DNA of 55,144 nucleotides from Gemmatimonadales bacterium (GTDB lineage: Bacteria > Gemmatimonadota > Gemmatimonadetes > Gemmatimonadales > GWC2-71-9), in assembly GCA_036270795.1 (NCBI GenBank), contig DATBBW010000053.1, positions 1-55,144 on the forward strand, given 5' to 3'. The number at the start of each line of letters is the position of its first letter. Positions within the stretch are counted from its first letter, which is position 1. The position numbers and the translations under genes were made by a program. A model generated the notes under the pieces. It made no database searches. It was not told the DNA's origin and was given only the letters and a program-made list of their open reading frames with translations. Positions 42,866 through 50,292 of the stretch are shown here, one piece after another.

Positions 42866-44073
42866 TCCGTGCCTTCGACCGCCACCACAAAGGCTTCGCC
42901 GGGATCGAACGTGCGCCGCAGGCCGGCGACGAGGGGGCCGACGCCTTCGCGGTAGGCGCCGAAATGCCCCACGGCCGCGCGCACGGGCCAGGCGGCCCGC
43001 TCCAGGGTGAGGGGGACCTCGATGCCGGCGAGGGTGCGGCGCAGGCGGCGCAGGCGATCCACCGTCGTCTCGCCGCCCCACCGGATGGCGCCGACCCCCG
43101 GGCTCACCGACACCCACTCGTCGCCCACCTGGTGCTGCAGCAGGTCGAGGAGTTCGTCGCTCGAGTCGGGGAGTCCACCGAGGCGGAACGTCACGGGGCG
43201 AGTCGCGAAGCTTTCCGCCGCGCGCATCCAGAACCCGTGCGCTTCGTCGGCGCGCAGGGCCGCGAAGCGTCCGCCGGTGGCCGCGCGCAGCCCGGCTTCT
43301 TCGGCCGCGACCAAGGCGGCCGATCCCGCGAGCCGCACGGCGAGGGCCCACCGCTCGCGGCGCGCCAGGGCGGGGGACACGAGCTCGAGCGCCGCGGGCT
43401 GGATCCCGGCCTGGGCAATGTCCTCGGCGACCTGGGTGAGATCCTCGCGCGCGCCCTCCAGCACCAGCGTCTGGTCCGCGCGGGGCAGCGCGCGCAGCCG
43501 CAAGTGCACTAGGACGATGACGCCGAAGGCACCGAACCCCCCGGCCTCGAGTTTGGTGAGATCGTAACCGGCGACGTTCTTCATTACCTTGCCGCCGCTT
43601 TGCACGAGGCGGCCGTCGCCGGTGACGAACGTGACGCCGAGCAGGTGATCCCGGATGGGCCCGAACCCCTGGCGCAGCGGCCCCGCGGACGCGGTCGCCA
43701 CCACCGAGCCGAGCGTGCGGCCGGCGAGGCCCGGGGGATCGAGCGCCAGCCAGGTGCCGCGGTCGGCGAGCTGCTGGCGCAACACGTCGCAGCCGATGCC
43801 CGCCTCCGCCGTGGCGGAGAGGTCCTGCGGTTCGATCGCGGGAACCTTGTCGAGCCGGCGCGTGGTGAGGGCCAGATCAGCGGGTGCGTCGGTGGGCAGC
43901 CAACTGCCTGCGCCCTCAATGCGGAGATGCCATCCTTCCTCGCGCGCCGTGCCCAGTAGCAACGCCACGGCATCCGGGGATGCGGGAGCGACGCGCGGCA
44001 CGCCGTCCGGCGTCGCCGCGAGGTCCACGGCGTCGCTGCCGAGCAGCGCGCGCACGCGATCGACGAGGCTCAT
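42862..44073 (-). CDS. glcE: Glycolate oxidase FAD-binding subunit
   Basis: Trimmed to the ATG at 44073 (MSLVDRVRALLG..). Has a PCMH-type FAD-binding domain (..GGKVMKNVAGYDLTKL..). 4-nt ATGA overlap with glcD. Confidence 0.8.
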   Translation of the reverse strand: MSLVDRVRALLGSDAVDLAATPDGVPRVAPASPDAVALLLGTAREEGWHLRIEGAGSWLPTDAPADLALTTRRLDKVPAIEPQDLSATAEAGIGCDVLRQQLADRGTWLALDPPGLAGRTLGSVVATASAGPLRQGFGPIRDHLLGVTFVTGDGRLVQSGGKVMKNVAGYDLTKLEAGGFGAFGVIVLVHLRLRALPRADQTLVLEGAREDLTQVAEDIAQAGIQPAALELVSPALARRERWALAVRLAGSAALVAAEEAGLRAATGGRFAALRADEAHGFWMRAAESFATRPVTFRLGGLPDSSDELLDLLQHQVGDEWVSVSPGVGAIRWGGETTVDRLRRLRRTLAGIEVPLTLERAAWPVRAAVGHFGAYREGVGPLVAGLRRTFDPGEAFVVAVEGTE

Positions 44074-45518
44074 GCGGCCGGCTCCGCCGCCGCTCGCCCG
44101 CGCCCCGCGCCGCGCTGCCACTCCCGGCAGGCGTGGACCGGCACAACCTTGCCGGGATTGACGCGCTCCGCGGGGTCCCACACGTGCCGCACGGCGAGCA
44201 TCGCGGCGAGTGAGTCACCGTCGAAGATGAGCGGCATGTAGCGCAGCTTGTCGAGGCCGATGCCGTGCTCCCCGGTGATGGTGCCCCCGGCGGCGACGCA
44301 GCAGGCCATGATCTCGCCGCTCGCGGCCTCCACCCGGGCCCTGAGGCCGGGAATCCGGCCGTCGAACGAGATGTTGGGGTGGAGGTTGCCGTCCCCGGCG
44401 TGGAACACGTTGCTGACCGTGAGGCCGTAGTGAGTGGCGATCGCGCTGATCGTCTCGAGCACCTCGGGGAGGGCCGAGCGCGGGACCACGGCGTCCTGGA
44501 CCACCAGGTCGCGCGACAGCCGGCCCATCGCCCCGAAGGCCTTCTTGCGGCCCAGCCACAAGCGCTCGCGCTGCGCCGCGTCGCCCGCGGTGCGCAGCTC
44601 CCCGGCCCCGTGCGCGCGCAAGATCGCCTCGATCGTCGCGGCGTCGGCGGCGACGGCGGCGTCTGACGCGCCGTCGAGCTCCAGCAGCAGCACGGCGGCC
44701 GCCTCGCGCGGGTAGCCCGCGGCGTACACCGAGTCCTCCACCGCCCGGATGCACGACTGGTCCATCATCTCGAGCGCGGCAGGCACGATGCCGCTGGCGA
44801 TCACGGCCGAGACCGCCTCGCCGGCCGTCCGGAGCGAGCCGAACCCGGCGAGCAGGGTGCGAATCGCGCGCGGTACGGGCAGGAGCCGCACGGCGATGCG
44901 GGTCGCGATCCCGAAGTTCCCCTCGGAGCCCACGAACAGCCCGACCAGGTCCGGCCCCCATGGCTCGCCGCCCGGGCTCCCCAGCTCCACGACCTGCCCG
45001 TCGGCGAGCACGACCTCCAGTGCCAGGACGTGGTTCGCGGTCACGCCGTACTTGAGGCAATGCGGTCCGCCCGAGTTCTCGGCGACGTTGCCCCCGATGG
45101 TGCACGCCGTTTGGCTCGAGGGGTCCGGGGTGTAGTGGAGCCCGTGCGGCGCCGTGGCGGCGGAGAGCCGCACGTTGACGACGCCCGGCTCCACCACGGC
45201 GAGGCGGTTCACCGGATCGATCTTGAGGATCCGGTTGAGCCGCGTCAGCACGATCAGCACCGCGTCCCCAGCCGCGAGCGCGCCGCCCGACAGTCCGGTG
45301 CCCGCGCCCCGAGGCACGAACGGCACGCCCAGAGCGGCGAGGAGCCGGACGATCGCAATCACCTCATCGCGCTGGCCGGGCAGCACGACGATGCCGGGGA
45401 CGTGGCGGTGCGTGGGCAGCCCGTCGCGCGCGTAGGTGATCCGCTCGGGGAGCGTGGTCCGCACGTGGCGCGGGCCGACGATGCCCGTCAGCGCCTCGAC
45501 CAGCGACTCGGGCGTCAT
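44070..45518 (-). CDS. glcD: Glycolate oxidase subunit GlcD (FAD-linked oxidase)
   Basis: Trimmed to the ATG at 45518 (MTPESLVEALTGIVGPRHV). Motifs include ..PRGAGTGLSGGA.., ..GTITGEHGIGLDK... The 248 upstream codons are Arg/Gly-rich junk that overlaps lonN. Confidence 0.9.
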   Translation of the reverse strand: MTPESLVEALTGIVGPRHVRTTLPERITYARDGLPTHRHVPGIVVLPGQRDEVIAIVRLLAALGVPFVPRGAGTGLSGGALAAGDAVLIVLTRLNRILKIDPVNRLAVVEPGVVNVRLSAATAPHGLHYTPDPSSQTACTIGGNVAENSGGPHCLKYGVTANHVLALEVVLADGQVVELGSPGGEPWGPDLVGLFVGSEGNFGIATRIAVRLLPVPRAIRTLLAGFGSLRTAGEAVSAVIASGIVPAALEMMDQSCIRAVEDSVYAAGYPREAAAVLLLELDGASDAAVAADAATIEAILRAHGAGELRTAGDAAQRERLWLGRKKAFGAMGRLSRDLVVQDAVVPRSALPEVLETISAIATHYGLTVSNVFHAGDGNLHPNISFDGRIPGLRARVEAASGEIMACCVAAGGTITGEHGIGLDKLRYMPLIFDGDSLAAMLAVRHVWDPAERVNPGKVVPVHACREWQRGAGRGRAAAEPAA

Positions 45519-46204
45519 GTCGCGCGCTCGATCTCCGGATGGCGCCCGCCGCGGCCGTTGCCGCGCGCCCGTTGGCGCACCGCCACCCGTCGCTCGGCGT
45601 CCGCCGCGAGCGGCGCCAGCACCGCGGCGAGCTGACGCAGCCGCAGGGTGGTGCTGCGCACCGCCTGCAACGCCCGCTTCGCGTCGGCGTCGAGCTCGAG
45701 CGCGGCCGCCACCTGGAAGGACAGCGGCCCAGGCTCCGGGGCCAAGGGGACCTCCTCCTCGTCGTCGCGCTCGGTGAGCACCGCCAGCGCCCGCGCCAGC
45801 CGCGTGAAGCCGGCCCGCACGTCGCTGGCGAGCGTGGTCACCTCGGACAGGTCGATCGGCTCGTCGTCGAATTCCTCCACCTCGGCGACGCGGTAGGGCC
45901 GGGCGCTCTCGACCCAGCGGCGCAGCACAAAGCGCCGTTCGCCCACCGTGACGATGTTCGAGCGCCCATCGGGGAGCGCCTGGATCGACCGGATGAGCGC
46001 CACGCACCCCACGGCGCCGGCGTCGGGTACCGGGTCCGCGCCCGCCGCGGGATCGGCCGCCACGTAGGCGATGCCGAAGCGGCGATCGCCGTCCTGGCAG
46101 TCTGCCAACAGCTGCTGATAACGGGGTTCGAAGATATGCAGCGGCTGGGGGGCCCCGGGGAACAGGACGATCGGCAGCGGAAAGATCGGCAGCTCGCGAG
46201 CCAT
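45515..46204 (-). CDS. LON substrate-binding (N-terminal) domain protein, stand-alone
   Basis: 229 aa. MARELPIFPLPIVLFPGAPQPLHIFEPRYQQLL is the classic LON-N start. 4-nt overlap with glcD. Confidence 0.85.
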   Translation of the reverse strand: MARELPIFPLPIVLFPGAPQPLHIFEPRYQQLLADCQDGDRRFGIAYVAADPAAGADPVPDAGAVGCVALIRSIQALPDGRSNIVTVGERRFVLRRWVESARPYRVAEVEEFDDEPIDLSEVTTLASDVRAGFTRLARALAVLTERDDEEEVPLAPEPGPLSFQVAAALELDADAKRALQAVRSTTLRLRQLAAVLAPLAADAERRVAVRQRARGNGRGGRHPEIERAT

Positions 46205-46262
46205 GCGGTATATAGTAACCGGCGCGCGGCCCGCCGGTGCCGCGAACCCCGGACCTCAGCAC

Positions 46263-46296
46263 GCGAGGGGTCAGGGCGGCTGCCCTGACCCCTCGC
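46263..46296 (-). terminator. Perfect 15-bp stem / 4-nt loop hairpin 28 nt downstream of the sigma-factor stop (likely an intrinsic terminator without a U-tract)
   Basis: GCGAGGGGTCAGGGC-ggct-GCCCTGACCCCTCGC, read directly. Confidence 0.5.
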
Positions 46297-46323
46297 GCTC
46301 CGTCCCACGCCGCCCCGCGCGCG

Positions 46324-47217
46324 TTACGCCGCTCGCCAGAACCCCTTCAACGCCCGGCCATCCGGGGATTCCCGCAGCTTCTCGAACGCCCGCTCCCGGA
46401 TTTGGCGGATCCGCTCGCGCGTCACGCCCATCAGCGCCCCGATCTTCTCGAGCGTCATCGCCTCACTGCCTTCCTCGAGGCCGTAGTAGAGGTAGAGGAT
46501 CTTGCGCTCGCGCGGCGTCAGGTACTTCTGGAAGATGCGATCGATGAACTCCCGCATCAGCTTGCCGTCGGTCTTCTCTTCGATCTCGCCGCCCTCTTGG
46601 CCCGCGAAGCGTTCGCCCAGCGTGGCCGCGTCCTTGTCCGTCCGGTCCACCGGCGCGTCGAGCGACAACTCGGCGGCCGTCATGCGGCGGGCGGTGCGGA
46701 CGTTCTCGACGGTGTCCTCGAGCGCGAGGGCGATCTCCTCGTCGGTTGGCTCGCGACCGAGCTCCTGCGCCAGGTAGGTCTCGGTGCGGCTCATCCGAAT
46801 CAGTTGCGAGTTCTGGTTGAGCGGGATGCGCACGCTACGGGTCTGCTCGGCCAGGGCCTTGAGGACTGCCTGACGCACCCACCACACCGCGTACGAGATG
46901 AACTTCACGCCCTGATCGGGATCGAACTTCTTGACCGCCTTGAGGAGACCTTCGTTCCCGATGGCGACGAGCTCGGAGAGGTCGAGGCCGTGCCCTTGAT
47001 ACTTCTTCACGTAGGAGATGACGAATCGCAGGTTCGCGGTCACCAGGCGCTCGGCCGCTTTTTCATCGCCGCGCTGCACCCGGCGAGCGAGCCGTCGCTC
47101 CTCAGCGGGGTCTTTGATCAGCGGGAGTTTCTGGATGTCCTGGAGATACTGGTCGAAGGCACCGGAAGGATTGGCTCGAAAGAACGCCTTGGCCTTGCCT
47201 CCGTTCGACCGCGCCAT
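46324..47217 (-). CDS. Sigma-70 family RNA polymerase sigma factor, RpoD-like (regions 1.2-4, no long region 1.1)
   Basis: 297 aa. Region 2: NLRFVISYVKKYQGHGLDLSELVAIGNEGLLKAVKKFDP..G.KFISYAVWWVRQAV. Region 4: LTPRERKILYLYYGL..MTLEKIGALMGVTRERIRQI. Confidence 0.9.
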   Translation of the reverse strand: MARSNGGKAKAFFRANPSGAFDQYLQDIQKLPLIKDPAEERRLARRVQRGDEKAAERLVTANLRFVISYVKKYQGHGLDLSELVAIGNEGLLKAVKKFDPDQGVKFISYAVWWVRQAVLKALAEQTRSVRIPLNQNSQLIRMSRTETYLAQELGREPTDEEIALALEDTVENVRTARRMTAAELSLDAPVDRTDKDAATLGERFAGQEGGEIEEKTDGKLMREFIDRIFQKYLTPRERKILYLYYGLEEGSEAMTLEKIGALMGVTRERIRQIRERAFEKLRESPDGRALKGFWRAA

Positions 47218-47280
47218 AGCTAGGGCTCCGACGGTGGACGAATGAGTGTGCGTGCTGAGGAAAGCTGGCGAACGGCGCCC

Positions 47281-47309
47281 AATATAGGAACGGCCGGTAA
47301 ATGGTGCAA
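47281..47309 (-). promoter_or_regulatory. Candidate promoter of the sigma-factor gene (TTGCAC-N17-TATATT on the minus strand)
   Basis: The minus strand reads TTGCAC (47309-47304), a 17-nt spacer, then TATATT (47286-47281), about 64 nt upstream of the ATG at 47217. Confidence 0.4.
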
Positions 47310-47319
47310 ATCTCGGTGG

Positions 47320-47460
47320 TTTTCCACATCACAAATGTCGCGCGCACACCACAGTCCACCGTTTGTCCACTATCCACACGCGCTGTGGAGAAATTCCTGT
47401 TGATCCCGTGTGGACGGGGCCGAACGGCGGATTGTGGAGAGGTGGGAATCATGTGGGGAA
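47320..47460. promoter_or_regulatory. Array of TCCACA / TGTGGA (DnaA-box-like) motifs in an AT-rich intergenic region, upstream of the candidate sigma promoter
   Basis: Plus strand, forward motifs: TTTTCCACA 47320-28, (CAGTCCACC 47352-60, weak), TTGTCCACT 47363-71, CTATCCACA 47370-78. Inverted motifs: TGTGGAGAA 47384-92, TGTGGACGG 47409-17, TGTGGAGAG 47433-41, TGTGGGGAA 47452-60. Central palindrome: TCCACA-cgcgc-TGTGGA at 47373-47389. Confidence 0.45.
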
Positions 47461-47511
47461 GTTGTTGACGTGCTTGCGATTACTTGGGTCAGACTTCGTG
47501 CGGGCTGGGCG

Positions 47512-48621
47512 TCACGGCGCACGTGCTCGCAACACGTCGCGCACCAGCCCTGCGGGCGCCCCGACCGTCCAGCTTGCTGCCTGTTCGCGCATCTGCCCCA
47601 CCGCCTGCGGCAGCGCGAACCGCACCGTGCCCGCCCGCGCCTTCTTGTCGAGCTCCATCGTCGCGACCAGCTGATCGACGGACGCCCCATCGGGTAAGCT
47701 GACCGGCAGGCCGTAGCGCTCGAGCACCCCCTGAATCCGCTGCGCCGTCCCGCGCTCGGCGACGCCGAGCGCTTCGGCCAGCTGCGCCTCGTAGCGCATC
47801 CCAATCGCGACCGCTTCGCCGTGGAGCAGCGCGCACTGCGCCGTCGCCTCGATGGCGTGGCCCACGGTATGGCCGAAGTTGAGCACCGCGCGCCGCCCCG
47901 CCTCGCGCTCGTCGGCCGCGACGATGGCGGCCTTGATCTCGATCGAACGCCGCACGACCCGCTCGAGCGCCGCCGGGTCCTTCGCCGCCACCGCCTGGTG
48001 ATCGCGCTCGAGCGACGCGAAGTACTCCGCGTCCGCGATCACGCCGTGCTTCACCGCCTCGGCCATACCCGCCGCGAGCTCTTGCGCCGGCAGCGAGCCG
48101 AGGACGTCCAGGTCGACGACGACCAGCCGCGGCTGGTGGAACGCGCCCAGCAGGTTCTTGCCGGCGGGGGCGTCGACCCCGGTCTTCCCGCCGATCGAGG
48201 AATCGATCATGGCGAGCAGGGTGGTGGGCAGCTGGACGTAGGGGACGCCCCGCAGGTAGGTCGCGGCCACGAACCCGGCGACGTCACCCACCACACCGCC
48301 ACCCAGCGCGAGGATCGCCGCGTCGCGCCCCACGTGGGCGGCGAGCAGGCGGTCGGCGAGGAGGGCCCACGTCTCCCGCGTCTTGTGCGCCTCCCCCGGC
48401 GGGAACTGGAACAGCTCGCCCGCGAGCCCGGCCGCGGCCAACCCGGCGAGCACCGTCGGCCCACACAGCCGGGCCACGTGGGCGTCGCTGATCACGGCGT
48501 AGCGGTGGGCGGGGCAGGCGGCCCCGACGAGCGCCCCCACGTGGGCGAGGAGCCCACGGCCGATCAGGATATCGTACGAGGCGTCGCGGTGCTCCGTGAC
48601 CGGAACCCGAAGCGTCACCAC
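47512..48621 (-). CDS. aroB: 3-dehydroquinate synthase
   Basis: Trimmed to tandem GTG codons at 48621/48618; the second forms a GTGA overlap with the upstream stop. AroB motifs: ..LGGGVVGDVAGFVAATYLRGVPYVQLPTTLLAMIDSSIGGKTGV.., ..NFGHTVGHAIE... Confidence 0.9.
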   Translation of the reverse strand: MVTLRVPVTEHRDASYDILIGRGLLAHVGALVGAACPAHRYAVISDAHVARLCGPTVLAGLAAAGLAGELFQFPPGEAHKTRETWALLADRLLAAHVGRDAAILALGGGVVGDVAGFVAATYLRGVPYVQLPTTLLAMIDSSIGGKTGVDAPAGKNLLGAFHQPRLVVVDLDVLGSLPAQELAAGMAEAVKHGVIADAEYFASLERDHQAVAAKDPAALERVVRRSIEIKAAIVAADEREAGRRAVLNFGHTVGHAIEATAQCALLHGEAVAIGMRYEAQLAEALGVAERGTAQRIQGVLERYGLPVSLPDGASVDQLVATMELDKKARAGTVRFALPQAVGQMREQAASWTVGAPAGLVRDVLRARAP

Positions 48622-49166
48622 CTGACGTCGGGACGGTCGGCCTGCGCGTTGGCGGCGCGGGCCAGCACGAACAGCAGATCGGACAGGCGGTTCAGGTACT
48701 GGAGGATCGTGGGGCGGATTTCGGCGGCGCGGGATAGGGTGACGACCGCGCGCTCGGCCCGGCGGCACACCGTGCGCGCGCCGTGCAGCGCGGCGGCCTT
48801 GGGCGTCCCGCCGGGGAGGATGAACGCCGTGAGCGGGGCGAGCTGGGCCGTGTGCGAGTCGATCGCGTCCTCGAGCACGCCGACGTCCGCGGCGGCAAGC
48901 GGCGCGCCGCTGCGGGCGAGCGCTTTGGCGCGAGCGGCGGCGTCGGGGGTCGCGAGCTCCGCCCCGATCGTGAACAGTGCGCGTTGCACGGTTTGGAGCA
49001 GCTCGTCGGCGAACGCCGCCGGGTCGAGCGCGCGGGCCATACCGATCGCGGCGTTCAGCTCGTCCACGTCCCCGTACGCCGCGACCCGGACGTTGTCCTT
49101 GGGCACGCGCGCGCCGCCGAACAGTCCGGTGTCCCCGCCGTCGCCCGTCTTGGTGTAGATCTTCAT
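48615..49166 (-). CDS. PduO-type ATP:cob(I)alamin adenosyltransferase (MMAB family)
   Basis: 183 aa. MKIYTKTGDGGDTGLFGG.RV.K is the family N-terminus. It is the C-terminal part of the artefactual 425-aa ORF 48615..49892. Confidence 0.9.
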   Translation of the reverse strand: MKIYTKTGDGGDTGLFGGARVPKDNVRVAAYGDVDELNAAIGMARALDPAAFADELLQTVQRALFTIGAELATPDAAARAKALARSGAPLAAADVGVLEDAIDSHTAQLAPLTAFILPGGTPKAAALHGARTVCRRAERAVVTLSRAAEIRPTILQYLNRLSDLLFVLARAANAQADRPDVRW

Positions 49167-49232
49167 GCGCGTCCGCTCTCTCGCCCCGCTCCCCTCTCGC
49201 CTCGGTTCCCGCGTTCCGTTACGATTGGGCCC

Positions 49233-50255
49233 ATGCAGGACGTCAAAGATATCACGATAATCGGGGCCGGCCCGACCGGCCTGTTCGGCGCCTTTTATGC
49301 CGGAATGCGCGGCGCGAGCTGTCGCGTGATCGACAACCTGGACCAGGTGGGCGGGCAACTCACGGCGCTCTATCCCGAGAAATACATCTTCGACGTCGCC
49401 GGCATTCCCAAGGTGCTCGCCAAGGACCTCGTGAAGGCGATGGCCGAGCAGGCGTTCCAGTTCAAGGCGCCCGTGCATCTCGGGCAGAAGGTGATCGGGC
49501 TCGAGCGCGGGTCCGGGAACGGCCAGCCGGCGTTCACCCTCGTCACCACGGAGACCGCCTACCCGTCGCGCTCGGTCCTGATCGCCGGGGGGATCGGTGC
49601 CTTCACGCCTCGCAAGCTGCCCCTCAAGGACGTGGACCAGTGGTACGGCAAGGGACTGCTGGACCGCGTCCTCGATCCGCAGGTGTTGCGCGGCAAACGC
49701 GTGCTCCTCGTGGGCGGCGGCGATTCGGCGTTCGACTGGGCGGTGAATCTCCAGGGGGTCGCGCAGTCGATCCTCATGATCCACCGCCGCGACGGCTTCC
49801 GGGCGCACGCCGCGACCGTGCAGCAGGTGCGCGCCCTCTGCGCCGCGGGGAAGATGGAGTTGCGCACCTTCTGGGAGCTCAAGGCGATCCACGGGGGGGA
49901 GGCGATCGAGGCCGTGACCCTCGTCGAGACCAAGACGAAGCGCGAGGAGCGCGTCGCGATCGACAGCGTGGTGCCCCAGCTCGGCTTCATCTCATCGCTC
50001 GGCCCCATCGGGGAGTGGGGTCTCGACATCGAGCAGGGCGAGATCCGCGTGTCGCAGACGATGACGACGAACATCCCTGGGATCTTCGCGGCGGGGGATA
50101 TCACGACCTACCCCGGGAAGCTGAAACTCATTGCGACCGGTGCGGCGGAGGCCGCGATCGCCGTGAACCACGCGGTGCATTTCATCAACCCCGCGGCGAA
50201 GGTCGCGCCGGGGCACTCCAGCAACATGGCGCTCTTCGGACAGTCCGAGGACTGA
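49233..50255 (+). CDS. Ferredoxin--NADP(+) reductase, thioredoxin-reductase-like type (YumC family)
   Basis: Trimmed to the ATG at 49233 (MQDVKDITIIGAGPTGLFGAFYAGMRG). Motifs: GGQLTALYPEKYIFDV, a second Rossmann GGGDSAFDWA, and the C-terminal HSS.. tail. Confidence 0.9.
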   Translation: MQDVKDITIIGAGPTGLFGAFYAGMRGASCRVIDNLDQVGGQLTALYPEKYIFDVAGIPKVLAKDLVKAMAEQAFQFKAPVHLGQKVIGLERGSGNGQPAFTLVTTETAYPSRSVLIAGGIGAFTPRKLPLKDVDQWYGKGLLDRVLDPQVLRGKRVLLVGGGDSAFDWAVNLQGVAQSILMIHRRDGFRAHAATVQQVRALCAAGKMELRTFWELKAIHGGEAIEAVTLVETKTKREERVAIDSVVPQLGFISSLGPIGEWGLDIEQGEIRVSQTMTTNIPGIFAAGDITTYPGKLKLIATGAAEAAIAVNHAVHFINPAAKVAPGHSSNMALFGQSED

Positions 50256-50292
50256 GGCGCGCCGGGCGCGCGCCGTGCCGTCGCGCGTCGGC

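Noticed and set aside
46205-46222. AT-rich ggtatatagtaacc element immediately upstream of the lonN start, as a defined promoter.
   Set aside because: A TATATA-like -10 about 6 nt from the ATG would imply a leaderless mRNA. No convincing -35 is present and the promoter consensus of this organism is unknown. It is mentioned only within the operon finding.
44070-46262. Very long N-terminal extensions of real genes in the ORF track: glcD as 730 aa, glcF as 584 aa, permease as 622 aa, PduO as 425 aa, FNR as 490 aa, M42 as 416 aa, aroB as 418 aa.
   Set aside because: The extensions are Arg-rich junk that overlaps the upstream genes. In each case an internal ATG/GTG coincides with the canonical family N-terminus and usually forms a 4-nt ATGA/GTGA overlap with the upstream stop.
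47218-47511. Calling this intergenic region the chromosomal replication origin (oriC).
   Set aside because: DnaA-box-like motifs and AT-rich DNA are present. But there is no dnaA, dnaN or other typical origin-flanking gene, no switch in gene orientation across the region, and I cannot compute GC skew here. It is kept as a finding with oriC as the less likely interpretation.
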